64,000 nucleotides of DNA, from contig CM082578.2 in the NCBI GenBank assembly GCA_040954595.2, positions 15,794,998-15,858,997 on the forward strand, read 5' to 3'. The notes under the pieces were generated by a model. The model ran no database searches. It saw nothing but the letters and a program-made list of their open reading frames with translations, and was not told the origin of the DNA. Position numbers and translations under genes: made by a program. This stretch comes from Balanoglossus misakiensis. Its lineage: Eukaryota > Animalia > Hemichordata. This document shows, in pieces, positions 14,216 to 29,785 of this stretch. The stretch's first letter is position 1; each line of letters starts with the position of its first letter.

Positions 14216-17200
14216 AACAAAGTTGTTCTTGAACTACAGTGAGTTCAAGTAATTAAGTATGCCACATTTCAACATTCGCACTCTTCATTTTACAATCATA
14301 CATTTGTGATAGCTGACTGCAACCAAAAGGAGTTGATTCGTTGTACTTTGTAAATCCCATTTGAAAACAGAATATGTTACATACTTTGTCATGTCATGAT
14401 TTCACACACGCACCAACAGCCTTTTACGTCCCTATAAGCTTATCCCCACACAGAAATGAAATTTTACGTGCAGCAGAATGTTGTGAAGTGTTTAGTAAAC
14501 AACCTGTTACATGCGAAGAATCATGTCCGCGTGTTTGGCATCTGACCGCTCACACATCATAGGTAGGTTACTGACCCTGCAAGCAATCATTCAACAGGTT
14601 CTGCCTGTACATGCGTGACGGGCACGTAAACGAATCACGTGATCATATCGTACTAGAATTTCAGTATAGAAAATATATTTTTGTTCAATAGTCGTACACA
14701 TGTACATTGTTGGAACAATGGGAACTATGTCAGCGGTGCAGCGCCATACTGAGTTTCACCTTGACTGGTTTTAGAACTCTACTTTAGGCTCTTTGACCTT
14801 GGTTGTATTTGACTACTATAAGCACTGACACAACGTTTGTACTATATTTGTAGCTGCGTCATACCTTTTTAATGCTTTTTATGTGTATTGAAATTTCAAC
14901 ACTGGGTTTGAAGCTAAGGGGAGATCGCGTTCTGTAGTGTGTACATTCCTGCCCCAAAACTTGACACGATTTCATAGTAAACTGTGCCAAGCAGATATGG
15001 TTGGTGTTGTCTCTATATGACCCCGGACTCAAGGGAGGGGTTCAACTGGCACGTAAAGGCGCATAGCAATGTAGAGAATTTCACCTAGACTGCGTTGTGC
15101 GCTCTTGGGTGTCATGGTTGCAAATATCGCAGACTATTTTCATCGGCGGAGGCTAGCGATATTATGGGGATACAAGGCTGAATAATATTATTGAGAAAGA
15201 GCACGAGTCACGATTTAATGCAGCCAACCTCTTTCCATCGCGTGTACATAATCACCACCAGCTTTCAATGTGGACTATGTCGACAATGTACACAATATAT
15301 AAAGCGAACAGCAGTGACGAAATCACATCAATTTTGAAAGCAACTTGATATCGACGCCTGGCGACTTGCCCATGACACCTACGTGCGTCGCGTTCGGCAC
15401 ACTGCGTGCACAAGGTACAACTTGAAAGACAACACGACTAACCCTGAAGCCTCCATGGTTACGAATCGACGTTAATATGCCTCTAAATTTGGTACATATC
15501 GACATTTCCCCTACTTACCCACACCAATTGACAGTATTCGACGTTTTGAGCCCTCAAGATACACTTAAATTTCGTCAAAGACCAAGTAAATAGAAACACC
15601 AAACACGTTCAACTTCACGGAAGACCATTTCTCAATTAATAAACAAGGATAACCTTTGTGCCTTTGCTTCGTTCAGTTCCTGTGAACGCAATCGCCATGA
15701 CCTCTGTACAGGCAAACATATCGTAAAGCAGAAAGTTACCATACCATATCGTAGAGGGCGTACAGACAAGAACGCAAATGTATTAGCAGGCAAAGAATAC
15801 ATTTCAGATTTATCCGCCTTGGATATAACACCAGTTTGCAGCTTACACAGACGTTGACTTTTTTACATCCGTAGTTGAGGTTATTGATTATTTCCTTATC
15901 CTGGAATAAGTTGAAAGTTTCCTTGCGATTGTGACCCGCGCACACTGCTTATTTATAGTCAGAAGATACTGAGAGTTTATTTTAGGTCGACGTCTCCACA
16001 TGCACAAGAAATCTATTAGTACAACGATCGCCTGAAAGTCGGCAGTAGATCTGAGAACGATGATCAATCGAATAGAACGTCATCATCCCATGGTAAGTTG
16101 GCTATATTGATTGCTCCTGTTTTGATTTGTTTTACGTTAATATTGGTGATTAATTTTCAAATCATTTCATCACTTTCATGATGCTATAGTTCATCGAAAG
16201 AAATGCTACTTTTAACCACAGCGTTCATTTGTATATCCACTGTGTAAACCGATTTACTATTTTCTCCGTATCGATCATAAGTAACACATTGGCATGCACT
16301 GTCATGCGCTGCGTCTTAAGATGCCATTATGCTATTATACAACTCTCAGAATGGCGTTTAAAAGCTTTTGCTTTGTAAGGTCATTGAGTTGATTGACGTA
16401 TACTGGCGTGTATCTCATCCCAACAACAGATACTGCTGAAATTCGACTCCGCCGTACTCTCCAGCGACCACTGTACAATATAACATGTGAACCTCAATGA
16501 TGGCGGGCACCAGCAGTGTTTAACGGTGCCATGTCACAACGAAACGAATTGAGGGGAACGGCTGTTATAATTGTCCGTGAAAATATCGAAGTATTGAATT
16601 TCAAGTTGAAGCATCCCTTCACAAAATACATACGCTGAATATTTGTTTGGTAATGGTAGATAGAAAATAAAATTTTCATTGCTTTAAAGTGCAACAACAA
16701 TCGAATATTATTACCAGCCAACAAAATAGAACCAGAAATTAACTCGCGTGTTTGTAAAAAAAAAGGTTATGATACTTTTGGCTTTTGCGGTTATCGACTG
16801 TCCAATTTATGATTCTATGGACATTGTGTTGAAATCGCTCAATGGAGGTTATGTAGTCACTTCTTAGATTGCGCATATCTCGCAAAATAATGTTTTATTT
16901 TTGTCTGATTAAACTTCACTTTGATCACATTTACAGTTGGCTCCGGTGTCCTAGTCACTCATGCATGAAATTCCCGTAAATTGACTTCAAACGATTCAAT
17001 TTGTCGTCTTAGCTCTTATGTGTCTTGATTCAAATATTCAATGTATTACAACGGTATTGCATCGTACCTTGCGCGTCTGAATGATTGAATTGATGGAAAG
17101 GTGTACCTCACTATGTTTTAATGACCGTACTAAGAACTAAGAGGGAATGAAATGTGTACATACGATTCAAACTGACTGCGTTTTGTGTCATGAAATATAG

Positions 17201-20200
17201 CAAAAAAACATGCAACAGATCCCGCTCAAATAAATCAGAAGGGATTACTATTGAAGTGGGGTTGGAACGTATGTGTATCCGTTGTTATAAAAGTTCTGAA
17301 TAATACTTCATGTTTGTTGAATATTCTGCCAGGTGATGATACTGAGGTTAATGATTAACCCCGAACCTGCAGCAAATTTGAAGGATTTAACGAACGCAAG
17401 AAATGGCTAAATTACCACTGGGTTTTACCCCTTGCGCGTGGGGACCACAATGAATGTTTCAATCGGTGCACTTTAACATAGGCAATTTGGCACATTCAGA
17501 ATCTAGAATTTCAATGATATGTGACACTAAAGGCGTAATTCACACGACTCCAAAGCGCCTCTCGATCACCATGATGCGATTTTGACGCTCAGGGGGAAAA
17601 ATTGTAATGTAACTATTGCAGATTTCATGAATCGCAAAAACACTCGAACATATGCACCGTCCATAAATATCTATGGCCTTTTATAATTGATCGAGTTGTG
17701 ATGTAGCGTTTTGTCTTTCTGTTTGCTGTGAAGCCCGATGCCTTTTAGTGATGTCAACATGTAAAGTTACACGGCCGATCTGTTGTTATTCTAACATGGC
17801 TTGGCACTGATCGATGACGCCAATTTCCATCAAAATTATATTAGGCGGGAACGGTGCCATGCATCGTAAATAAAGTGCACCAAAGACTAGTCACTATTAA
17901 TAGGAATCGTCGTTAAGTGAACTTAGACTCACAATGTGTCCACACAGACAGACAAACCATATCAGGCTTGATAATTTGAGTCTCGATGTGTTTGTAGGGA
18001 AGAAACACCGCTTACGGAACATTTTATCTTGACTGCGTGACTTGAATGGGAGTGCGAGGCCTGTATGTTTTGTTGCTATACATTAACATGTGTTTGTACA
18101 GGAAATTAAGTTCAAATGTTTGAAAAGTGGCAAAAATTTGAATTCAAATTTTCGTTCATCGTCACGTTCGCCATCAAAAGACTGAAGTAGAAGAAAGAAA
18201 TGTGACGGAACTGTAATATATTCACCTTCCAATTCATACATGTTAGAAATACTAATTTCTGGAATAAATTATACCCATGATCTGACGATTAGCATGCATT
18301 CTGAGTATATGCGCGTATGGAATATAATGTAGTATAGACTATCAATTTGTCAACTGAAGTACCTCTCATTATTTACGTCCTGGGTGGTCTAACGAATTCC
18401 CTCGAAAAAAGATGTATTAACTATTGTGTATTACCCATAAAAATGATTAAACTCTCACCATAATAGATATGTTTTGAATTTATTAAATTTTAGAGAACTA
18501 TTTTCGTAATTTTTCAACGACAAGGTTGGTCCACACAGAGGGTCTATGGTTAAACTGACACTGAATGGCACGTTTTGTAATAACAGAAGTTTCTGTAGTT
18601 TAATAGAAATAAAAAAATAATTATACTAGAAAACATTTTCACAAACACATATATTACGTACATGTAATAATGGAAACACCAAAGTAGCGAATTTTGACCC
18701 CAATACGTATTTGAATCACTGGGGAAAAGAAAGTTAACAATTCAGTCGGTCTGTCATCGATAGTGTTCACATCAATCACGATTGGCACTGTAATTTTTGC
18801 CTTGTGTCGAATTTCATAGCCGCGCATTTACAACTGACCTACATTTATTGGTAAGGTTTCAGTTTTAATAACGTCTTTATATACAGCAATTGAAAGCAAC
18901 TTTGCAGAATGATTAAGTTCAGCCCAACGTTGAAGAGTGTCAGGTAATGCATGAGAGGTATTTATGACATGTCAATCTCACTTGGAATATATCACTCTCT
19001 GTTCGTTTATGGTGATATTATTGGCTCCGTGAATGTGAAGGGCTTTGTACGTGTCTCCCAACATTAGAATGATCTTCCCAGCCCTATGTAAAGACATTGA
19101 AAGTATGTTGTGAAATAAATGTTGCTGGTACGATGCGTGGAACTACAGCTAGTATCTTAGTTGAATAGCAGCTGTGCACAAATTGAGTCACTTTCCTGAT
19201 CATCTGCAATGTTACTATCGAGGTTAATTCATCCGTATCAAGTCACAGATTCTATTTCGCACTCTTCAGGTATACGACGAGTGCTTGTCATTCGTCAAAT
19301 CGCGTGTAATGGTTGGTGCCCAGTGAGAACCTACCCAATTTACAATCCCATCGCAATTGAATTCAACTTAGAGCGTTGTACATCACTTAAACAGCTCCCA
19401 AACTCCACATCAGCTTTTAACTGAATCTCTCTGCCCTTAATTTCATCAGTTCATGGCTGCACGTTGTAATATCTGCAGTGAATCCTGTAAACCTTCTCCT
19501 GACAAATTTGCACCAAATGGATTCTCGTTCATTTTCCAGACAGTGTGGCGACAGATGGCTATACAACGGTGTTAAATAGTACATCACAACATTACTCAGT
19601 AGACTAAGGCACTGATAAATTCATGAATGTGTCAATTGATAATAATAATATCAGCGTGAAAATTTTATATCTCCAAGATCTTGTTCTAGACTTGTTAGTA
19701 CATTTGATTTGTCATTAATGTTCCATGTAGATAAGTCTCAGTCATGTTCTAGCGCTACTGTTGTTAAAACGACAATAGAATACAGCTAGTTAACGTCCCT
19801 GCAAATCTTATCTTCACATTCTTATCATACCAACGGAACGAATAAACAGAACCAGTCATAGAAATGGCGCGAATGAAAGTGCAAAGATGGGAAGTTTGAC
19901 CTTATTTGGAGTTAGGGAAGATACTATTCGGGAAAATAGGGGTGACGGAACATTTGCCATAGAAAGTCTTACGCTGATACCCTACACGGACGATACCATT
20001 CATTATTACCCGTTATTACTCTGACCGTATTCACACACACGGCATGTTAGATATAGATTTACTATTACCATGGCAATATGGTGTTTATTATCAATAGAAT
20101 AATAGATAATACTCAGTCCAACATGGTATATCACGTCACAACTAGATTTGAATCGTTCGCGCCAGAATTTTCTTGACCTCTTTGGAGAGTTTAATTAGTT

Positions 20201-23200
20201 GTGCCTGCTAGGTAATCATACTGTATAAATTGGCAATTGAAAAGAAAAATATATGACCTGAAATTCAATCAGAATTTGCGAAATAAAAGTTTTATTTGAT
20301 TATCTGTTACCAATCTATTTTCCTGTCACACCTTATAGCGTCACAACCGTTAAATTTGAAATAGTGTTTATAAATTGTTCACGTTTTCCCAGTCCGTGTG
20401 CCCAGGGAGGTTGTAGAAACAGGTCTGCGTTTTAATTGTATTATTAAGGTATCTACGTTCTTAAGGGAACAAAAACACACTGAACAGATTGCCATAGCTT
20501 TCGGGAATATGAACATCAGTACGATAGCCCTTTGGACATATACCCATTCACCAGCTGGGGCTACGGTTAGTGACTGGGTTAGGGGTCAATATCGAGGGTC
20601 CTAGAACTATTACCTGAAATTTTAAATATATATGCACCATCTTTACGGTTTCTATGCCAACGCCATCAAATTTGAGCCCCTTGGTATGATTGGGATTTTA
20701 CTGACTTCCATATCATCCCTTGGTGAAAACTTGACGCCCCCACCGAATTTCTCCTCCCCTGAAGTAAAATAACAACCAAACACTGACTCCCTCATTGCGA
20801 TTCGTTCCATTCCCCGTTAATAACCCTTTTCACCTAACACCTTCGCCTGCCAAGTCTGCTATGCAACCAGCCAGATAATATGAATACATTTAGACGACAT
20901 TGTTAATAATGCATATGAATAGAAAAATAATCAGCTGTCGTTCGGGGTGGTCATATTTGGGGTAAGTTTACCTGCTGTTTTGATTTTGCCAAATGAAGCG
21001 ACGGACTGAAAGAACATCGATGCGCACAATAGATTTGGGAGCGCTCGACTGTGGAAGATAGTATAGATGTATTGAATATCTGAAATTAAAGCTTTTCAGA
21101 CGAACGCGAGACTGAATCACCACACGCCGGTTCCAGATGTTCGTGTCTCGCGTTAAACATTGTGATAGTCTTTGATAATATATATCTTGCGCTTGTTATA
21201 AGAATGCAAATCCGATAAGGGACATTCATACCCAACTGTGCTGATAATGATTTTTTTCCAGTGTACGAAGGGTAACCACTAGGGCATATGCAGGTGAATA
21301 CACATATCGCCTGATCTTGCCTCGCTTCAAACTGAAGTGATGCGGTACCATGGAAATAGCTGCAAGCAAGCAGAATCAGCTCTTTTCAACTTACAAAATG
21401 AGAGATCGAATTACAAAGAACACACATACTGCAGAACTGCATTTCTTCGATGTCACACTCGAGTAGCAAAGCCTGCTGTCGGCAAATAGCCTTTAATGTC
21501 CTGGCAGAATGAATAACACAGAATTAATGCGTATTGCGAATTGAATACAATTTCGGTTGCGCAAGTAGATCGAGATTTTGCCATCAAAATTTCATCAAAT
21601 TTATCGCTGCTTTCATTTTCAGTTCCATCAAAATGTTTTCTATAAATATCTACAATGAAAGTAGTCCGACTAGTAATAAGTGAAAATAGTACGTAATGCA
21701 TGTGTGCAAATTTTAATGGGGAGAGTGGATGAATATAATATGAAACCGTTACAACAGCACCACCTCTATTACCTGCACAATGACTGTATTCAATGGAAGC
21801 TCTAGACCTATACTGAATATCATCGTATTTTTATTAGTTCATGAACCAGGCACCGAAACCCTTTCCCTATAGGAGTTTGGAAACCGGTATTTTCGAAAAG
21901 CCTATTTATCCAGCTGTCACAACCAGGTACTCTGCGTTCGTGTAGCGCTAGTGGCTATGCGCGTGAGAGCTGCTGTCATGGTAACGATGGCAAATATTTT
22001 GAGGCGTTCTCACGTAATCAAAAATGAGTCATATCAAGCTCTGCGAAGGATGGGCATTAAGTTTCAGACATGAAACCAGGTGAAACCAGACGCATGACGT
22101 GTAATATGAAACTATGCAATCTGGACATGACAGATAAATCAATACAGGAATTTCAAGCCAAGCAATCGCACGTCTTCTTTATAAAAACCCACCATTTGGT
22201 TGGATTCTGGGACGACTCTACACTACATTGTACGTCGGAAATGATTCACGCCCAGATATTCTTTGTGTTTTATCATAATGATGTTTTCGGAAGCAACAGT
22301 GATTCTTCCAAGGGACAGAAGCAAACGTTTTACGTTGAAACGTGAAAACTAAACTAGTTAGCAATGCTATCGTAAAAGAATTCACGTGTGCATGGTATAC
22401 ATGCCAGTCTGGTCAAAAGCTTCTTTCAACTGAATTCGTATCGGTGTAACTGTATACTCGAATTAGCAGATATATGCAGTGCCTGGATACATGGTCACGT
22501 GACCCGACATTTGAAATCAGCAGTGGGGACAATACTGATTCATTTTGTCAACGGTGATTGTATATAATGCCTGGCGATATTTTACGCTACTTTTAAGGAT
22601 CTTGACAAACTGAATACTTGCAATATTTTTCAGAACGCTTACAGTCAACCCACCAAGTCAAACTAAAGAAAATTACGCTCTACCGGTCGACCGTACTTGA
22701 TTGGTAGCATATTGTCCTTCGTATGATCTGTCTACATTGTGTACACACAGCATTGATAAAAAGAAAATGTGCTTGCAACGGACTAGAGACTTAAATTTTC
22801 AGGACATTTCTTGAAACATTTCCGAACCGATGCGTCACATCAATGTGAGATACAGTTACTGGCTAATGAGAATGGCCAAAAACTCTCCTTGCTGTCAATG
22901 CTCGTGGTTTTCGTAGACAAATTGATCGTTTTGTGTGTGGTCGTTAAATTGGACAAAATAAACCAGGTGATTACTAGCGCGTTGAGTTTTATTGATTTGT
23001 CTGCCTCATCTTTGTAAACGTGACTACACGTGAAGAAGTATCCCGGTGGGAACATTGAACAATTTGTGTCATATCTCTCTTCGTACCCTTTAAAGGTAAA
23101 TTCATTAGATTCGAAAAACAGTGTTGGTGAAACAACGTGCCATCATGGATATTTCAAAGAGGAGTTATTATTCAGTGCCAAAGCTACTGATTTCTGCGCA

Positions 23201-23783
23201 TGCGGCATGCACCAAAATTACTCCTTTTCGATCAGGTATTCAGTTGTGCGTAACGCTCTGAAATGTTACTCAGGGGATCTCGAAGATGCGGGGTTTCTTC
23301 ATTTGTAAGAATACATACGTCGCTTGAATTCATAACCTGCACTGTAGACTAATGTTACTTTAAGGCAATTGTATTCGACATTCAATGGGAAGTGAGCAAT
23401 TAGGTTTGGATCTGTTCGACATTCATGTTCCATCACACGTTGTATTGACTATTGCTTCGTGCAATGATTATACATGTATTGCGCTCGGAGTGATCGCGGC
23501 AGCCTCCTTATGTGGCTGTCAGAAAGTCTATTTTAAGTCAGAAGACTTGTGCGAAAACAGCAAACATCGCTTCTTTGCACAATCTAGAAGTCATCTTTAG
23601 TCGGTTTTCACTGTGTCTGGGGGTAGCGTGAAGGTATCTGTATCCAACGATTCCTACGAGTATTGTACATAGTCATATATATCAAGCTTCAATATCATAG
23701 CTACTTAAAAAAAAGTCTTCATATAACTTTTCTCTTTACAGATTGAATGGAAAACCATATGTCTTGTGTGAATGTGAGTTGCC

Positions 23784-25574
23784 ATGTTGTGTGAAATGGG
23801 CAGCTCAGTCACATACAGTTTGTGCAGATCTCGCCGCTGTAACATGGTGATCGTGTGTGCTCTTACTCTGATGCTTGAGATGGCGACAACAATCGGTAAG
23901 TGACACCTCCATCGATAGCACGAAGGGTGAAATCATAATGAGAAGCATGATCTCATTTATGTGACAATGCAACAGGCAACCCATGGCTTTTCCGTTGAAA
24001 CTTCTGTGACACGATTGTTGTTTCTTTTCAGCCTCTAACTCAACCAGTGTATGCGGACAATGCCAGAATAATAGTATCTGCAATGAAACTATATTGAGAT
24101 GCACTTGCATCGGTACATATTATGGGATAAACTGCGACAAGAGCCGAGCAGAGAAAAACCGGAAGTACGACTGTCAACAAGATGGCGGCTGTGAGCACGA
24201 TGGAGTTTGTCTGGAAAATGGCGCTTGTCACTGCGCTAGGCCCTATTATGGATTCAAATGTCAACATGTTGACGGTGAGTGATACATCCTATTTAAAGTT
24301 TTGGCATCATCCTGTCCAACCCTTGCGCTAGATTAAGTTTGACTGATTCAACAAGGCAGGGATATTAGTCGCAGAGAACTTAATACAAAGGTAATTGCAG
24401 CGAAAGAGAATCCCAGTTGCACATTACACAGTCCCGCAATAAATGACCTAAAGACTTGACAACACGATCACGAACAAGACGTGTAAATGCATCTCTCAAC
24501 GACATAAAGATCAGAGTTCACATTTTCACGAGTTTCACCACATACTCAAAACTTCTCCAGTTACAGATTGGATCCAAGATCCCAGGAAGAAAGTGAATGA
24601 AAAATCCGTTCTTGTATCAGTGTCACTCGGAGTGATATTCATCAACGCCGTCTGTTTTATTGTAATCTGTGTGAGTATGAGGAAGAACAAAGGAAACCAG
24701 CAAGACGACGATGAAGAAAGTTCTGAACAGTTTGTACAAGCCGAGGGCCCACCGCGAGTGCGCGGGTCGTTACTTGGACGTCGGCGAAGTTCTGGTAAGG
24801 AGGAGTATGTTTTTGCACTGTATTAGGCTGTTGTTCTTTTATAGCTTAACTGTGAATATCATTGCGACAGGAACATTAAACGTGCTGTATTAACGCGGCA
24901 AAAGATGCATTGGTGTTCATAAGGGAGAATCTCATGTAAAATGTTTTCAATTTATATTATCCTCTGAATCTACACAGACATACGTGTTCAGGTTATGTGA
25001 TTATTTTATCCAAACAGGATATCAATACCGACCCGCATGGTACATTCCCTTCCACGAACACAGCGTGCGTCGTGCAAGCCGGTCCAGGGAAGGTTTGACG
25101 GGACTTCACCCAGTCAGCACAGCGCCTGCAATTCTTCAAGGCGGTGGGCCGCCATTGTATCGAGACGTGACAATGTCACCAAATGAGAGAAGCGATGCCT
25201 CTCTTGTAACGATACAGCCAACACGACTGAATTCTATACCGCCAGGATATGACGAAGTCATGGAAACCCAACCCGATGGTGACAAGGATGCATTTTCAAC
25301 CAGATTCAGATTGAGCACGTCGAGCGGAATTCAAATGAGAACTATTTTATCATCGACGGGTTCCTCTGACACTCATCGCCTTACTTCGATCACGGGAGGG
25401 GGATTCCCTGACGACATCGAAGAGGAAGACGACGGCGAGGATGAGCAGGAGCTTAGACATCTAAGGACGGACAGATTAACTAGTCTAGCAACGTCACATT
25501 GTTCGTCTGTATTTACCGATGGCGACGACATTATTCCCACGGAAACGATTGTTGAAGTGGAGACGGGATTTTAG
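23784..25574 (+). CDS. Gene D: signal-EGF-EGF-TM-2xPPxY-PDZ protein, inverted copy; exons 23784-23895, 24032-24274 (both EGFs), 24567-24794, 25018-25574
   Basis: Leader ending MVIVCALTLMLEMATTI; EGFs CGQCQNNSICNETILRCTCIGTYYGINC and CQQDGGCEHDGVCLENGACHCARPYYGFKC; TM then QAEGPPR; tail YRPAWYIPF, GLHPVSTAPAILQG, PPLY, PPGY, SSGIQMR, ending ETGF*. Which Met starts the protein is uncertain. Confidence 0.88.
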
Positions 25575-28500
25575 CAGACCGTTTTGACTTGAAAGCCAAC
25601 TGGCACACGAAAAAAAACTCCGTTTGTGATTGTAACAGGCTTTGACAATATCATAACTTCAAAACTATCAATGCTTGCATCCAGATTGTAGCAGCTCATC
25701 AGAAAATTTATTGGCATGGCAACACAACGTGAGCGTCTCAAATATCCACAAATACACCAATGAATTGCCATCTGCCACAGTCTCACGACTGTATAGGAAC
25801 TGTACAGCGCATGATCGATACGCCTTGATCCTTGCACTGATATTTAATATGCGCAATTTACAAACTTTACCTTTCAGCAGCTGCGTGTAATAAGGTTTGG
25901 CGAATGCAAGGAAAAGAGTCAGGCCCGAAGGCGAAGAACACTTGAAATGCATGTACCTAATGCCGGTTTCCTGCAGGCATGCATTGTTGGCAATTTGTGG
26001 TCGTTACTTTAATTATTGCAGATGGGCCATGATTACACAGGTATTATTGTGAATCCCAGGCGTACTGTTATCATTTTCTCTAATCATCCGCCGCTTTCAT
26101 GTCATTTTTGTAGGCTGTAATTATTTCGAGATGCTTTTGCCTCTCAAGGAAACAACAGGTTTAAATTGATTTTTTAAATGTTTATGGCTAGCTAGTGTCA
26201 TTGAATGTTGCATATAGTCACAGCCATCGATACGAGTTTATGTAACTGGCACGCGAGCACGTCAATTGTATGTAAACGTCCACTTGAAATGTTTTTATAC
26301 ACGTCGACCTGAACTCGTGTAGGTTGATAGGTTTTGTAACTGGTGTCGCCAACCCATTTGAACTGACAGTTTGACAAAAGAAAGTTCACTTCCGAAAAGT
26401 CAAGATGACATGCCGCCATGTCGTAAAACCAACTAAAGTGGCAGACTCATTTCGTGATCTCTGATCTACCGCCTACAGGGGCACTCTCGCGTAAAACCCG
26501 TCAAAGTAAGACGGCTTACATATCACTGTACATTAGTGGAATGTCTTGTTAGAAGATCTTGCTGCTGATTCTTGTTATTCACACGGCGACACCAGGTGGC
26601 ACAAAACGGATGAAAATTGCATCATCGTCAAAACATTCTGTGTATTTTATCGCGGCTCAATCCGCGGAGGAATCATGAGCTGTTTAATGTTATTCTACTC
26701 ATGTACTTATGATGGAGTCTCTGACTTTGGTGAATTGAATACGAGGAAATTAAAGGGATTGTGTTGATCGATGGGGGAACACGTAGTATTTTGAAATTGA
26801 GTCAATGCCGGATGTCGGTCCTTATCTACATCTATGAAAGGGGGAATTTAAGGGAAAACTCTATTTTGCCACTAGAATGAGTAGAAAACAGTAGGATTTT
26901 TTTTCTTGAAAATATGTCCTCGATAGAGGATGTTTTCCACCTGGTGTCATCGCACAGACGGTGTTCAACCCAAGAATGGATTCACCTGAAGGTGGTCCGT
27001 TCCGTAACAGTGTGGGTTCTTCTTTAGTTATGCTAATTTCATTGAGTGTGGCATGATTTATCCTGTTGCATACATAATATTGACATTAATTCATGGTGGG
27101 GCTGCGAACAAGCCAGGGGCATGTTATAACTACTGACAGTTTGCCAAGAAAACCCATTTGGACTATACTCGTGGGATTAAAAACCACGACCTGGGACAAA
27201 TGCAAACCTAATTGGTCAGAAAACCGGGAATGTATATTACACGACATGCCATCAACGGGGTAGTCAGTCCCTATTACAGCTTACAACGCTACACGTGCCA
27301 AGGCTTTTTGTTCTCTTGGGACATTATCTGTGCTTTCGCATTTTGTCCGCCGAGATATTGCACCAGTGCACAGAGTATCGAGATGATGCACTGCACCTAG
27401 CATAATAACTGTCACTCACAAACCACAAGATAACTTTGACAGAAGGAACTTTAAATTCGCGAAAACAACAACAAATTAGTCATTGTTCATTTGGAAACAA
27501 TGGCTGCCTCCTCCGGAAAGAACTGCTTCCGCGTGCACATACTTGGGTCGGCCATCTTGGTTCGGCCATCTTTCTCTGTAAGCTCTGCGCTGGGTTCGAC
27601 CTTTGGTTGGGGTTTCATTTCTACCTCACACACGGTTTCGCAAGGAAATTCCATTTTTAGACTAACCAGAACTTCCTTGAAGTACTTGCTAACGTACAAT
27701 AGGACATTCGTAATCAATAGAATAACTTTAGATGTACATGTTTCGATAAGAAAATGGCAGAAAACTTTTACTTACAGTACAGGATGTGCGCAATGGGGGC
27801 TGCAAGCCATGAGGAGAAAATGCACTCTCGATTTTCGTCAAGGCACGTTCCATGGCCGATGGTTTATGTACTTTATCTTCAACGAGGCTACCAAAAACAA
27901 AAAATCCAGTCCACATCGTCACAGTCATGACCTTTCACTTGGTTGTCGGAAATTGCTGTGGGTAACGAATAGGTCGTTGTCGTCACTACTTTCAGCCACG
28001 GTGTTTGTACGTCAAGGATTGAATATCGAATGATGGAAGTGGCACCTCAGTGACCATGTGACAAATGAACTGGCTGACGACTATCCAATCGAAATGTATC
28101 ATTCACCAGGTGCATTGTATGAAGCGTGTGATTGGTTGATGTAACTGAGAAGTTGTTTAGCATACCTAGATAACACGTGTTGTCTTAATGCTTCGTGTTG
28201 TAAGCCGGATAATGTACACATGTCGCGCAATCGTTCAGATATAGAGTATTCGTTGTACTGTTGCACTGATATAATAATAAAAGAACAAAAAGTCGCTTAA
28301 GCCCACATGTTTACCCCAATTCACCTGATGACCGAAAATCAACAGTGGCATCGCCAGAAAAGCTATTTGGGGAAAATTCTTGCAATAAGCGAATTTTCCA
28401 ATTACACGAGAGTAGGTTTAATCAGGGTTAAGGTAATTGCATTCGTTTGCACGCATCTTCTCCGATTGGCCAGAGGCTGGATACTGTTATGAGTGGATGA

Positions 28501-29785
28501 TATTGCAAACTTAGGCCAAGGGAAATTTAACTAGGCTTATAACAAATTCAGTAAGAACAGTTTTTAGGGGGGCGGGAGGGGGAGGTCATAATAAGATCGG
28601 AATATATCAAGAAACGGCTTATAGGCCTAACTCTGTCACAATTTTCCTTCTGTTCGATTTGTACCATTGACAGATGAAACATAATTGTAGTCTATCTGTC
28701 ATTTATTTCGTTATAACCGCGGATGAGTGATGGTGCTACTTATAATCTGCCCGTAAACTATACCTTCATCCATGAAGACTTCCCCAATTCAATTTCCTTA
28801 TGTCTAATTATTTGCGTCCCACTGTAAGTTAACCTTAGGACATGTGATATTTTTTTACATTTTCACTTTGGTATTTCCTCGAAGATAACGTATTTCGGTC
28901 TAATCGAGGACAAAGCATGACCGCGAGCAGCATGTGAAGAGGCATTTTACATTTGCGAAGCTAAATTACCCAATTGCTGATGACGTAAATCGATTTTGTT
29001 TTCTTGATAGAATTTCAGTTGTGTGACCGGGTCCTGTTTACGTCACGTACATGTACCGATGTACTTCTATTGGAAAGCACGCCCTCATTGTCTAACCATG
29101 TTTTTGGACCGAATAGTGCGATTTTCAGCATCATAATGTAGATATATTTATTGACCTATAACAGTGTCGATACGCGGGAAAAACGCACTCTATTAAAGAC
29201 AATAGTTGAAATAGGAAGATGAATATTGTAGAGAGAGTAGCGTTCGTGACATGTGCCGTCACTCCTATATGTTAAATGTTATGTAAAAATTGACCGTCCA
29301 AGGTCTGTAACTGGACTAGCGCTTGTAAGGGTGACACTGTGGAAGGATCCCATTAAAATGTGATACAACGAACATTCAATTTGTCAATACGATAACACAT
29401 AGGTATGAGTAATACTTATAGTATGTTGATTCTGTGATTCATAAAAATGCATAGCTAATTTATATCTGTATGGAAAGATACTTTTTTGAAAAATGTATAT
29501 AAAAATGAAAAATTGCTTAACATTGAATTGAACATACTGGGAAGGCTTGTCATGAAACTGCAAATAAAGTCTGTTTTTGTGCTCTTCTTAGGCACGTGTA
29601 GACACGTGTCAAAATTGACTGGTTGCATTGTGACGTGCCACGCGTGCACTGTCACCAAAGATGAAGCCTGAGTATTGCATAATTATGACTGACTTGTAAA
29701 TATTTTGCAAAGAACATGACGCCCAACCCTTTTAAAGGAACGTGGTTACATTATAAGATGTATAAATTGCCCTAAATGACACCAC

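Noticed and set aside
14070-14252. ORF with poly-V and poly-D that mimics a TM protein
   Set aside because: Artefact of GGT/GAT simple repeats.
25110-25140. STAP/MTAP/RTAP as a TSG101-binding P[ST]AP late-domain motif
   Set aside because: The required first Pro is absent in every copy, so it is kept only as an unassigned conserved box.
27436-28033. Overlapping ORFs (180 aa +, 76 aa -) and tandem CGGCCATCTT (YY1-like) sites near 27549-27573
   Set aside because: No recognisable domain, TTG starts and no exon chain. It may be a repeat remnant or regulatory element, but the sequence alone does not support a call.
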